Part shown: in pieces, positions 27,703-39,916 of the stretch
Numbering within the stretch: the stretch's first letter is position 1
How the letters are laid out: every line of letters starts with the position of its first letter
NCBI GenBank assembly: GCA_033763455.1
Contig: JANRKO010000048.1
Location: forward strand, 1-55,607
Length of the DNA stretch: 55,607 nt
Source: Polyangiaceae bacterium
Lineage (GTDB): Bacteria; Myxococcota_A; Polyangia; Polyangiales; Polyangiaceae
Direction of reading: 5' to 3'
Translations under genes and position numbers: made by a program
Notes under the pieces: generated by a model
The model's input: only the letters and a program-made list of their open reading frames with translations
Database searches by the model: none
Told to the model about the DNA's origin: nothing

Positions 27703-28826
27703 GCCTCGTCCGGATCGTCTTGCTGCTTCTCGAAGGCCGACGCTTCCGTCAGGATCCAGCGACGGCCCGACTTCTGGAGTGTTCCGATCACGCGCACCCT
27801 GCGGCCCTCCTTGTGGGCCTGAATGGCGTCCGCGTAGGAGTTAGCATCAAGCTGCACCGAAACACGCCCTAATTCGCGCGCTTCTCCGTCTGTGGGCGCA
27901 ATCACAATCTCACCGTCAGCATCCCTTTCGCGCTTCTCGCGATCAAGGCGGGTGACGTAACCCACAACCTCAAACCCCTTGCTCTTCTCTTGGCTGCGCA
28001 TCGCCTCTGCGGCTACATCGAGACCAGCCAGAGCCTCCCCCGAAAAGCGAACCACCGAGACAACCCCCTCGGGGGCGCGCCGATTTCGCGCCCACGACAT
28101 TGAAAGTTCAAGCGACCCGGTGCCCCCGGGTGGTGCCATGGATGCAAGGGCCCCGAGAAGGTTCCCGCTGACTCCGTCCTTCTGTAGTTCGAGCAAGCCA
28201 TCGTACGCGCCGAGCGAGCGAACGCGGCGGACTCCGTCGAGCGCGCGAAGCAGGAGCTTCGTCACACGTCGACCGTAGGGCTCATCATCAAGCGAGAGCT
28301 GGCCCACCACCGGATCGACCGGTACAATAAATCGCGTAGTGAAGCTTCCACGCTGGGATTGGCCCTCGTGCACTGAGCTGAGCAGCTCCACGGCCTCTGT
28401 CCGGGACAGCCGAGGAAACCAAGCTTGCGCAGAGAGCACGCTGTGCGCAGCGGCAAGCAACAGAGTCTTCGTGCCCTGACGGAGCCGGAGCGAATCCTCC
28501 AGCGGAATCGTTCCTGTTGCAGTGGCTTCCGAATGAACCCGCAGCGCGAGCACGTCGCCTGCCGGCTGTAGCAGCGTGTCCAACAACTCCGTCGGCTTGA
28601 CCTTCTCAAGCTCCGCAAGAAGCCCAACCAGCTCCTCGACACGCCGAGCATAGTCCGCAAAATCGGTTCGCACGGGGACATCCAGCTCTACGCCATCTCG
28701 GCGATAAACGACCACGCCTTGTGCGTCCTGCCGATCATGCTCGACGTTCCAGCCCCGACTGCGGAGTTGCTCCTGCAGGGTCACCGGACTGAGCGACCGG
28801 GCGACTTCACGGAGATCGAGGTTCAC
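27699..28826 (-). CDS. Hypothetical protein, partner of the DUF4365 gene
   Basis: 375-aa ORF with 4-nt overlaps; N-terminal L..RGW...LDVP...DY.RR pattern and OB-like beta-rich C-terminus. Confidence 0.8.
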   Translation of the reverse strand: MNLDLREVARSLSPVTLQEQLRSRGWNVEHDRQDAQGVVVYRRDGVELDVPVRTDFADYARRVEELVGLLAELEKVKPTELLDTLLQPAGDVLALRVHSEATATGTIPLEDSLRLRQGTKTLLLAAAHSVLSAQAWFPRLSRTEAVELLSSVHEGQSQRGSFTTRFIVPVDPVVGQLSLDDEPYGRRVTKLLLRALDGVRRVRSLGAYDGLLELQKDGVSGNLLGALASMAPPGGTGSLELSMSWARNRRAPEGVVSVVRFSGEALAGLDVAAEAMRSQEKSKGFEVVGYVTRLDREKRERDADGEIVIAPTDGEARELGRVSVQLDANSYADAIQAHKEGRRVRVIGTLQKSGRRWILTEASAFEKQQDDPDEA

Positions 28827-29329
28827 GGCGTGGTTCCTTGGCTGACTTGTTCCATGATGCCACGCAGGGCCGAGGGAGAAAACACCTGTGCTCTTGGTAT
28901 CCGGACCGTTTTCGACTGGGCAGCCGGATCAAGGTCCATCTGTCCGGTCATAGTGACCCAGTATGCGCACCGACGGATCAACAGGTGGTTCACAGTATGC
29001 TCGATACTCTGACTGATGTCCGAGGGCAAAAGCAGCACAACAAGAAGGTGCGGCGCCGAAGCGGGAGCAACTAGGGCGTTGTAGTGGTCCGCTTCGAGCT
29101 GCCAAGAGATGAACTCGGGATGCTCGACGTCCGTGCGAGTGGTCGCCTTGAGCTGAATGTCGACCTTCGGCTTTGAAAGGTGCCCGCTGCCCACTGGCGA
29201 CGCCGCACCGACCGTCACGTCCACGCAGCCATGATCTTGGGTCCAAGCGCCGAGCGCAAACGAGCACTGCGCCACGACTGCGTGCAGATATGCTTTGCTG
29301 ATTTCTTCCTGTTGTTGTTCGGGCGTCAT
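28823..29329 (-). CDS. DUF4365 PD-(D/E)XK-like protein
   Basis: QEEISKAYL.AV, DHGCVD, DIQLKAT, YNAL, LLVVLLLP and AYWV motifs. Confidence 0.85.
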   Translation of the reverse strand: MTPEQQQEEISKAYLHAVVAQCSFALGAWTQDHGCVDVTVGAASPVGSGHLSKPKVDIQLKATTRTDVEHPEFISWQLEADHYNALVAPASAPHLLVVLLLPSDISQSIEHTVNHLLIRRCAYWVTMTGQMDLDPAAQSKTVRIPRAQVFSPSALRGIMEQVSQGTTP

Positions 29330-29448
29330 GGAGATTGCGAGATCGTGACGAGTGCTTCAGAGGCGATGAGGTGGTGTTCCATGGAGTTCTGCTTTGTCAA
29401 GCAGGGGGTTCTGCCTTCCGCGGGCGCCGGTGTGACGTGGCGGTTCAT
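29326..29448 (-). CDS. 40-aa bridging mini-ORF
   Basis: ATG overlaps the hsdS stop (ATGA) and its TGA overlaps the DUF4365 ATG. Confidence 0.3.
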   Translation of the reverse strand: MNRHVTPAPAEGRTPCLTKQNSMEHHLIASEALVTISQSP

Positions 29449-30738
29449 TCGGCGGCGGACTCCAGGAGTTTGGTGACGCGCACGCGTCCGGTGAGGAGGT
29501 CTTCCATGAGGCCGGATTTGAGGAGGCGAAGCTTGGCTAGGTGGACCGCCTCTTCGGCCACGCGAAGTCTGTGGGTTCGCGCAACCATGGAGATCCGGCG
29601 CTGTTCCTCTCCGCTCGGAACGGGGAGAACCAGCGATTGGAGAATCTCCGTGTTCAGGTTCACCATGGTCGACCCAACCGCCCGGGCCGCAACCTGCCGC
29701 TGAATGGTGTCGTGCCGATAGGAGGCGGCAAGCCATTCCGCGTCGAGCGCGTGCTCGGGTAACCGGGCGAGAAGGCAGCCCGTTCCGCAGATCCATTCCA
29801 ATTCACGCGTTCCGATCGGAGCGCACCGAGACAAGTCGCCTCGGCGTGCGAACACAAGGTCGTTCGACTTCATTCGATGGCGTGCGAGCCGGGAGGCGAC
29901 TCGCTCCGGTATTCGAGCCACGGACTTCGTCGACACGCCATCGTCTGAAATGTCTTGTGGCATCACGACTGGGACACCCACTGCGCTGTATTCATACGAG
30001 TGAAGCTGGGAGCCAAATGGACCGGTCTGAAGAAAGCCCCCGCAACGAGCAAGATGGCTCCCCAGACGCGTGGCCTCCCACTCCCTCGGAATTCGCCCCA
30101 GCGGCGAGTCCTTGAACTGCTCGGGATGGCGCTCGGGGTCGCGCAGCTCGCCGTTGTCGTCGATGCCGCGGGTGAGGAGGTCGTGGAGCAGGCCCTGCTT
30201 GACCTGCTTCAGCTTGGCGATGATCTGCTCGGTTTTGCGGATGGCGTCGTCGATGGTGTCGAGGATCGCGGCGATCTGGCGCTGCTCGGGGAGGGGTGGA
30301 TGGGCCAGTCGAAACGCTTCGAGTGCTGTTTTGCTAAGGTTTGGCTGCCCGGACCCCTGTACCGACGCCAGCATCTGCGGCGCCGCGCGCTTGAGAGCCC
30401 AGAAAAGCCACCTCGCGTCGGCCAGCGCAAGAGAGGGTTCGGTGGCGAGCACGGCTTGATTGGTCGTCGCCCGTATTCCCAACCATGAGACTTGCCCCGC
30501 CGTCGCCCCGTACATCGCAATTAGCGGGGTGTCGGGCGGCACCCAGCGCGCCGATGAATTCGAGAGGCCGGCGAGCGAAATTGTCTCTTCGCTCTCTTGA
30601 ATCTCATCAGCGTTTACTTCCCCAGATTTCACCCACGGGATTCCCCCGCCGAAGTTTGAAGCGAGCGCACGACTGGGCGTCCCTCCGGCGTAGCAATCGG
30701 CCAGTTCGTCCAGACGCAAAACACCCCAAGAAGCAGGC

Positions 30739-30749
<11 letters not shown>
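29445..30749 (-). CDS. hsdS: Type I R-M specificity subunit
   Basis: Two TRDs (GGTPSR...; [10 protein letters not shown]...) with conserved [13 protein letters not shown]...[10 protein letters not shown] and EEQRRI...[11 protein letters not shown] regions. Confidence 0.96.
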
Positions 30750-33150
<2,401 letters not shown>

Positions 33151-33522
33151 AAAGGACTTGCTTAGGGCTGGCGTGATCCGGGTTCTTCCCGGACCCAAGA
33201 ACGGAATTGTGACCGTAGACAATCGGCCGCGAGGCGTCGACGACAGAGAGCTGGAACGCCTCATTCTCGGCAAAATCTTCGCCAGGACGTTGAGTGTCCG
33301 CCTCAAGGCAGGATGCAGGCTTCCTTGGGTTCATGTCCCGCGCCTAACATGCGGCAACCGGGAGGACCGCCACACCTCGTCCTTCACGATTTCAGACCAC
33401 CAATCCCGGCTGCGAAGCCAATTGTAACTTGACAGGAACGAAACCACCGCGCTGCCCCTCGCGAGGCACACCGAGTCGCCGCGGGCGTAGCAGAGCTCGT
33501 ATTGTCCTCCGTTGAGGGTTCC

Positions 33523-34150
33523 TTAGGGTTCTCGCCCGTGAGCTACCGATACCCCTCGGATGAACCCCTCCAGCGCCCGTTCCGTGACCCGAATTGAGTT
33601 CCCCACGCGCGTGTGCTCCAGCTCCCCGCGCTGGCACATGGTGTAGACAGTGGCGGTGGACACACGCAAACGCTCCGCCACCTCTCGCACTGTCAGCAAA
33701 GGGTCGCTGAGCCCCTGTAACACCTGTGTAACAAACCGCGAGCTATTCTTGACTAAGGCCTGTGATGGTTGGATTCGGTTCTTCGCTCCAATCCGAGTAT
33801 TTCCAACACTTTGCAAACGCTTGCTAACCCCTGCTGATGGGTAGGTGCTTCCTCCGAAGCCGAAGGTGTGTGGTTCGAATCCACTCGGGCGCGCTGAGTT
33901 AACCGATGAGATCTCTTCAGGATTCACGTCGGGGGGCGAGAGGGTGATCGGGGTGCTTGCGGAGGCTTGCAGCAAGGATGCAGCAAACGGGTCGAATCCG
34001 GCATTTGGTGCCGCACGCTGCTCCTCAGACGTTTCGGGAGGGATGGGCTGCAGCTTGGGAGGGGGCGGTTCGAACTGCAGCCGATCAACCTCGCTTTGCA
34101 GGTATGCAGGCGCGAGGTGTCTGTAGACTTCCGTGGTGATGGTGCACCTG
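33523..34150 (-). pseudogene. Tyrosine-integrase C-terminal remnant fused in frame, through the att site, to an excisionase-like HTH (copy B)
   Basis: TITTEVYRHLAPAYLQSEVDRL (catalytic-Tyr region), then SARPSGFEPHTFGFGG (antisense tRNA half), then LLTVREVAERLRVSTATVY; the rest of int is missing. Confidence 0.75.
33824..33897 (+). repeat. att direct repeat 2 with tRNA-Arg(CCG) 3' half
   Basis: Matches 23410-23483 except CA to GT at the variable loop/T-stem boundary. Confidence 0.9.
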
Positions 34151-34212
34151 CTCCGCCGGAACCCCCCTATTCTCACCTCAACCGTTAGGCCCCTCGGCTG
34201 CGCGCAGCGCGC

Positions 34213-34599
34213 TTAGCGCCACTTCGGAAATACCACGTCGTCCCGCGTTTCCCATTGTTTGTCGGGCCCGGCGGAGCTTGTGGTTATCCCGTCGTGGCAA
34301 GTGAGGCGTATGGGTGTGCCCCACGGGTCCTCGGCGCTGGCACAGTGCGGTTCGTTACCCAGGTCCTTCATCACGATGTCTACCGAAGGGCATGATCTTT
34401 CGTGCCGCAAGTACCAACCTTGTGCCTGGCTCCTGATAGTCTGAAGACTGCGGAGGAGCCGTTCATCGTCCGAGCCCCAGCAGTCCGTTATCAGGCGGTA
34501 CCAGATCCACCAGGCCGCGATACAAGCCACGAACAGTAGCCCCACACCGATGCCTGCAATTAGGCCTTTTCCGTAACTGTGTTGCTTCCGTGCGGTCAT
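34213..34599 (-). CDS. GspG/pseudopilin-like domain protein
   Basis: N-terminal TM; DPWGTPI...SAGPDKQWETRDD motif; no canonical G/FTLIE prepilin site. Confidence 0.7.
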   Translation of the reverse strand: MTARKQHSYGKGLIAGIGVGLLFVACIAAWWIWYRLITDCWGSDDERLLRSLQTIRSQAQGWYLRHERSCPSVDIVMKDLGNEPHCASAEDPWGTPIRLTCHDGITTSSAGPDKQWETRDDVVFPKWR

Positions 34600-34811
34600 C
34601 GGCTTTCCATCTCGCCTTATAGAGCACTTAGCCGGGCCTTTGGGTCAACACGGGGAGACCATCCCAGCCCGAGCCACCTTAGACTCGATGCTTCGCCCGG
34701 GGGAGTTAGCGAGTGGCTGTCGGCTGATTAGCCGACGTGCCTCCACTGCGCAGTTGCTGTAGTGTGCGGCCTCAACAGAACGCCCGAATGACGGGCGCTT
34801 GGACGTGAGAC

Positions 34812-35816
34812 ATGAGTGAAAAGCCGGTTTCAGATCGCTACCTCAAGCATCTTTTCTGGGTGTCCTTTGCCCTATTTGTCACCGCCGCTTCGATCAACTT
34901 CGCGGCCATCGAAACCAGCCCTGCGCCACTTTTCGGGCCCGGCGTCCCTCCCGTAGCACTTGGGTACACGCGGAGCCTCTTGCTATTTGTGGCTCCGGTA
35001 GCGGCACTTGCAGGGTGGTTCGTGGTGCACAGGAAGGCATACGTTGCCTCGTTGAAGGCGTTCAAAGTTACGGCCCTTGTGATCTTTGTTATTTGGTCTT
35101 TGCTGGACATCTTCTTGGCAAACGCGTTCTTCGTGTTTCCGGTACCGGAGGCGACGCTGGGCTTAAATGTACCCGCGTTTACCTTCGGGCAGGGGTGGCT
35201 GTGTAACGTTCCGATAGAAGAGTTCGTCTTTTACGCAACAGGATCGGCGTTCATCCTGCTGCTTTACATTTTCATGGGCGAGGTGTGGTTTGCCAGCTAC
35301 GCCCGGAGTGACGAAGAGCGTCGCAAACATGGCCGCACTCTACCTAGGATCTGGCGCTTGAGTTGGGGCAACGTGGCGCTCGGCGTGGTACTGATTGCTG
35401 CTGCTTGGGGAGCAAAGCTTGCTTACAGCGAATTCCCGGAAGAATTCCCTGGATATGCAACATTTCTGATCACTCTGATCATTCTTCCGAGCATCGCCTT
35501 TCACCATACGATCGGTGATTTCATCAACATTCGCGCATTCTTAGTGGTGAGCCTATCGCTGACTTTGGTGAGCGTGCCCTGGGAAGTTACGCTCGCGCTA
35601 CCCTATGGGTTCTGGGGGTATCGTGAACAGCAGATGGTGGGCATTTTTCTGCGACCCTGGTCCAACCTTCCGATTGAGGCCAGCGCGCTATGGATAGCGG
35701 CTGCTTGGAATAATGTGATCTTGTTCGAAGTGGCGCGGGTTATCCAAGCATCTGAGCGGTCAACGTGGGAGCTGCTCGGCTTCGGGAAAGAGCCCACGGC
35801 ACGAGCACGCGCTTAA
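34812..35816 (+). CDS. Lycopene-cyclase-domain (CrtYc/d-like) membrane protein with two repeats
   Basis: Multi-TM; VPIEEFVFY and LPIEA motifs, each preceded by aromatic W/F loops. Confidence 0.65.
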   Translation: MSEKPVSDRYLKHLFWVSFALFVTAASINFAAIETSPAPLFGPGVPPVALGYTRSLLLFVAPVAALAGWFVVHRKAYVASLKAFKVTALVIFVIWSLLDIFLANAFFVFPVPEATLGLNVPAFTFGQGWLCNVPIEEFVFYATGSAFILLLYIFMGEVWFASYARSDEERRKHGRTLPRIWRLSWGNVALGVVLIAAAWGAKLAYSEFPEEFPGYATFLITLIILPSIAFHHTIGDFINIRAFLVVSLSLTLVSVPWEVTLALPYGFWGYREQQMVGIFLRPWSNLPIEASALWIAAAWNNVILFEVARVIQASERSTWELLGFGKEPTARARA

Positions 35817-38800
35817 GACTTGAATAGGCGCGGGAGCAAGAGCGACTGCGACGCTCCGAGGCCTAGTTCGCGCGAGAGCTCACTCACACGGGTTTGATGA
35901 AACGCGCGAGCTTCTCCTATAAGCCCCGCGGACTCGGCAAGTAGATAATGGGCGGAGGCTTGGTCGTACGGCATGGCCAACCTTTTCGCGATCGCGAGAC
36001 TCTTTTCCCAATGCGCGCGTGCTCCGCGGGTATTGCCACGCATGAGATCGCGCAGCCCCTCAACCAGTTGTGCGCTCGGCGCCGCAATGGGGCAGCCACG
36101 GGCAAAACGCAACAGGGCACGCGAGGCGTCACGAGCTTTCCCAGCAAGGGCGTCTCTCTTCTTGCCTTGCGATCGAAGACCAAGCGCCACGTAGGTGATC
36201 GCAATAGCGCAGTAGCCTTCGAATGCGTGAGGGGCTGCGAAGACGTGGGCTGGGTCAAAGAGCGCTAACCCTTCATCCGCCTCACGTTCCGCTTGGGCGG
36301 GCTCGCCGTGGTGGGCAAGCGCCAACGCCCTCATGCCGTGCTTTACTGCGACAGTGGCTGCGTCCGCCTGCGGAGGGAGCTCACGCACCAAGACCAAGGC
36401 ATCACCAGGCCTCCCGCACCTGAGGGCGACGGACGCTCCAAAACAAACACCCACCGAGTGGTTTCTCGCGTCGTCCGCTTCTTTGGCGACATCCCGCAAT
36501 AGCTTGTACTTGCGCCCCGCCTCGTCGAGCGCGCCAGTCAAGTACGCAAAATATGCTCGGAGGGCCAACGCGTAGCGCCACCCGGTACGCTCACCTGCGG
36601 TGTCGTACTGGAGCAATGCAGCATCGACCTCGGCCACACCCTGCGCGAAGTCACCTTCCGTCATCAGGTAACCAGCTCGATTATATCTGACTTCCGCCTC
36701 GACTAGTGGATCCTTGATGTCTATGGCCACTCTTAATGATGCTTCTGCATAACGCCTGGAAACACCACGCATCCCGAGCACACCAGTAACATACATCAAG
36801 AAGCTGTAGCCGCGCGCAAGCTCGGCCGAGCTCCCCACCCTTTCCGCATAGCTCAATGACCTAAGACCGGCGTAGAACAGAGTCCCGTTGTCTTGGATGT
36901 GAAACGACGCGGCGCCCAGCCAGTAGGCGGTGCGAGCAACTTCGCGAAAACGTTCCGTCAACTCGACATCCGCGCCAGGTTTTCGAATGGCCCCGCGCCG
37001 TGTCCAGACTAAGTAGTGCAGCGCCTGAGACACCGCCAAGCCGAACAAATGGAGGCCTTGGGTTATCCGTCCTTTGCGCAACGGAAAACCTTGAAGAACG
37101 AGCGCCCGCAGCAAATGCTGGCTCGCCTCCTTCATTCTCCCCAGGCCGTACCACGCTTGGCCGAGTTGGCGTTCCCAGCGCCCGCGCCGGCTCTCCATGG
37201 TGATGCTCGCGTCGCTCTGCGCTATTTCCAACGCTCGCTCAAGCGCTTCCCGCGCAGCCTGGAACATGCTGCCTTCGAGTGCCCTTTCGCCACAAAGCTC
37301 TAGGTACTCGCAAGCCTTCGCTGCGTCGTCAGCTCCTTCGAAATGATGCGCTAGCTGCGCAGGATCGACGCTCCCTTCTCTCAGAAACTGTGCTTCGAGC
37401 CAGGCCGCAGCGCGAGCGTGCAGCTTTTGGCGCTGCGAGAATGGCAGTTGCCCGTACGCAACGTCGCGACTGATGGCGTCGATGAACTCAAATGATTGAC
37501 CCTCAGCGCCGGAATGACGCAAAAGGCCGGTTTGAGTGATAGCTTCGAGCTCGGAGAGGATCCGCTCGAGCCCAGGCTCAAGGGGGTGCACGGCGTCCAG
37601 CCAGCGTGCGGAAAACTCGCGACCCAGAACGCTTGCGCTCTTGAGCGTGAGCTGCTGCGCCGTGCTTAGGCGATCGATACGCTCGGTGATGACCCCCTGC
37701 ACTGTGCTCGGCAGCGTCAGGTTGTTGAGGCTCGCCTCTCGCAACAAACAGCGGGCGTCGCGGACCTGGATCAAGCCTTGATCCAAAAGGGCAGTGGCTA
37801 ACTGCTCTGAAAAGAGCGGGTGGCCTTCCGCTTTGGCCCAGATCAAATCCAGAATCTTAGCGGGCAGAGCGTCGACCTCTAGGCGATTGCAGACAAGAAC
37901 CGATGTTTCGTCGCGCGTGAGTGGCCCCAAGCGCAGGTACTGGGCGGATGGATGGCTCAAGAGAGGCTGCTCATTCCTCAGGGCAACCTCCCCTGCAGAA
38001 CGCGTCACAGCCACTACAAGCACGTGGTGGAGGGCATCTAGCAATGCGACCGCTAGTTGACCCGAAGCTTTGTCGAGCCACTGCGCGTCTTCCAGGATCA
38101 GAAGGAGCGGGGTATTTTGAGTAAGATTCCCGATGAGCTGAACCAACAGCTGGCGCGTGGCGTCGACTCGGCCCTGCTGGCTCAACGCGCCTAACGTGTC
38201 GGCTTCTGTATCCGGATCCGCACGAAATTGCAGCACGGGAGCAAGCAGGGGGGCCATACTGGCATGCGCCTCGCCCACGGCCTGACGAATCCGATTAAGT
38301 TGCTCTTCGCCTGCGGCGCGGCCCCTGACACCGAGAAGACGACGAAGGAGCGGACGGACTGCTGCGTATGGGGCGGACGAATCCACGCTATCACCCCGCA
38401 CCATGAGGCACATCACGGGTGAGGCTTGCGCACGTTCACGTAGCTCACCGATGAGCGCGCTCTTCCCAATCCCCGGATCACCCTCAATGATGTAAATACC
38501 GCCGCGCTTGTTTTCCTCAAGTTGTTCAAAAGCGGCCGTGAGGGCCAGGCGTTGGGCTCGACGCCCAACCAATTGCCCGAGGCGCAAACGGTTCGTCGAA
38601 CTCATTTCCTGCCCAAATTCGGCTATGGGCTCAAATACCGCTACTGGTTCGCTTCTGCCTTTGACACGAACGGGGTCGGATGTCCGAAATTCCAGCTTGT
38701 GCCCGGCGGCACGTCGCGTGGGGCCGTCGCACAGAATGGTACCGTTTGCAGCTTGCATCAGGTGGGCGGCAAGATTCACGGTTTTGCCGATGAGCGCGTA

Positions 38801-39916
38801 ACTCGTACGTGAGGCGTTGCCGACGCCACCTACGAACACCGTGCCTGTGCTCACCCCCACCGCGGCACCGTAGCCTGCAGACAACAGCTCCTTAACGGCT
38901 TCTTCTGCGGCCCGCACTGCCCTGACGGCGTCGTCTTCGTATGTGTGCAGCGATAGCCCCCACCCGGCAACCATCACAGTTCCTTTGTCGTCGACCATGA
39001 ATTGGTTAATGCTGCCGCCAAAGCGATACACCGCGTTCTGCAGCATAAGCGCAGCTTTCTGCAGGGAATCGAGCATAGCAACGTGCACGGCATTCACGCC
39101 CAACACTTTGACAAAGAGGACCGTGACTCGCCGAAATTCAGCGAGCCACTGCGATTGCCCAGCGTCAATGCGTGCGCAGAGCGCCCTCGGCACGTATGCA
39201 CGGAGGGCCGCCTGAGCGCCGGGACTGACGGACTCGGGCGCCGCTGGCCCAGATGGTTCTATGCGGGCGCAATCAGTTAACCTGAAGCCTCCAGAATCCA
39301 TCCTACTAGCCAACACTTTCTCGCGCACACCTGACCAAACCTCCTCGGACAATAGGATATCGCCCGACTGGGCTTCGCGATGGAGGCGCGCGATCTGCTC
39401 TAGCGGCGCACCGGTAATCAGGAACTCCCAGCGCCGTTCCACACCACCAACGGTGAGGCCATGCGCCATGCCACAGCCCAGTGCAAGTTTCAGCTGCAGG
39501 GTTGTTCCAGGGGCCAATAGCCTTCCGTTGAGCTCGCGCTGGATCGCCATTGCCGCGCCCAGAGCTTGCCAAATCGCATCCGTTACCTCGCTTTCCGATG
39601 TGCGCGGCCAGATCGAGAGGATGGCATCACCAGCAAAATTAAGGCTTTCTCCCCCGAAATTCGAAATAATGTCCAAAAGCGGACCGAAGCAATGGTCCAG
39701 TGCGTCGCGGATGCGTTCTGCGCCCGCAATTCCCTCCGACTCAAGCTCTTCGGCGAGCCGACTAAAGCCCGAGATATCGGCGAACAACACAACTGCCGGA
39801 AAACTGTGTTCGCTTGGCGCGGTAGGAACTTGAGCTGCTCGCGACAGCCGACGGCGAACCAACGCTGGAACGTAGCTTGCTAGAACCTCAACCGAATTTG
39901 CTACTCTATCAGGCAC
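35813..39916 (-). CDS. Soluble adenylate cyclase (ADCY10-like): tandem class III cyclase + STAND ATPase + TPR-like helices
   Basis: FADISGFS, FAGDA, DDKG, VNLAAHLM; Walker A GDPGIGKS, LEDAQWLD, GHPLF, RIDRL. GTG at 39916 overlaps the upstream gene by 8 nt. Confidence 0.9.
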   Translation of the reverse strand: MPDRVANSVEVLASYVPALVRRRLSRAAQVPTAPSEHSFPAVVLFADISGFSRLAEELESEGIAGAERIRDALDHCFGPLLDIISNFGGESLNFAGDAILSIWPRTSESEVTDAIWQALGAAMAIQRELNGRLLAPGTTLQLKLALGCGMAHGLTVGGVERRWEFLITGAPLEQIARLHREAQSGDILLSEEVWSGVREKVLASRMDSGGFRLTDCARIEPSGPAAPESVSPGAQAALRAYVPRALCARIDAGQSQWLAEFRRVTVLFVKVLGVNAVHVAMLDSLQKAALMLQNAVYRFGGSINQFMVDDKGTVMVAGWGLSLHTYEDDAVRAVRAAEEAVKELLSAGYGAAVGVSTGTVFVGGVGNASRTSYALIGKTVNLAAHLMQAANGTILCDGPTRRAAGHKLEFRTSDPVRVKGRSEPVAVFEPIAEFGQEMSSTNRLRLGQLVGRRAQRLALTAAFEQLEENKRGGIYIIEGDPGIGKSALIGELRERAQASPVMCLMVRGDSVDSSAPYAAVRPLLRRLLGVRGRAAGEEQLNRIRQAVGEAHASMAPLLAPVLQFRADPDTEADTLGALSQQGRVDATRQLLVQLIGNLTQNTPLLLILEDAQWLDKASGQLAVALLDALHHVLVVAVTRSAGEVALRNEQPLLSHPSAQYLRLGPLTRDETSVLVCNRLEVDALPAKILDLIWAKAEGHPLFSEQLATALLDQGLIQVRDARCLLREASLNNLTLPSTVQGVITERIDRLSTAQQLTLKSASVLGREFSARWLDAVHPLEPGLERILSELEAITQTGLLRHSGAEGQSFEFIDAISRDVAYGQLPFSQRQKLHARAAAWLEAQFLREGSVDPAQLAHHFEGADDAAKACEYLELCGERALEGSMFQAAREALERALEIAQSDASITMESRRGRWERQLGQAWYGLGRMKEASQHLLRALVLQGFPLRKGRITQGLHLFGLAVSQALHYLVWTRRGAIRKPGADVELTERFREVARTAYWLGAASFHIQDNGTLFYAGLRSLSYAERVGSSAELARGYSFLMYVTGVLGMRGVSRRYAEASLRVAIDIKDPLVEAEVRYNRAGYLMTEGDFAQGVAEVDAALLQYDTAGERTGWRYALALRAYFAYLTGALDEAGRKYKLLRDVAKEADDARNHSVGVCFGASVALRCGRPGDALVLVRELPPQADAATVAVKHGMRALALAHHGEPAQAEREADEGLALFDPAHVFAAPHAFEGYCAIAITYVALGLRSQGKKRDALAGKARDASRALLRFARGCPIAAPSAQLVEGLRDLMRGNTRGARAHWEKSLAIAKRLAMPYDQASAHYLLAESAGLIGEARAFHQTRVSELSRELGLGASQSLLLPRLFKS

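Noticed and set aside
33151..33306. N-terminal extensions in the ORF track for hsdM (also rsmG, gajA, cdnC and the 18393 lipoprotein)
   Set aside because: Family similarity or signal peptides begin at downstream starts, several with an RBS or a gene overlap.
33342..33430. GCCTAAC-initiated attC-like stretch upstream of hsdM
   Set aside because: No GTTRRRY partner and no plus-strand gene ends before it.
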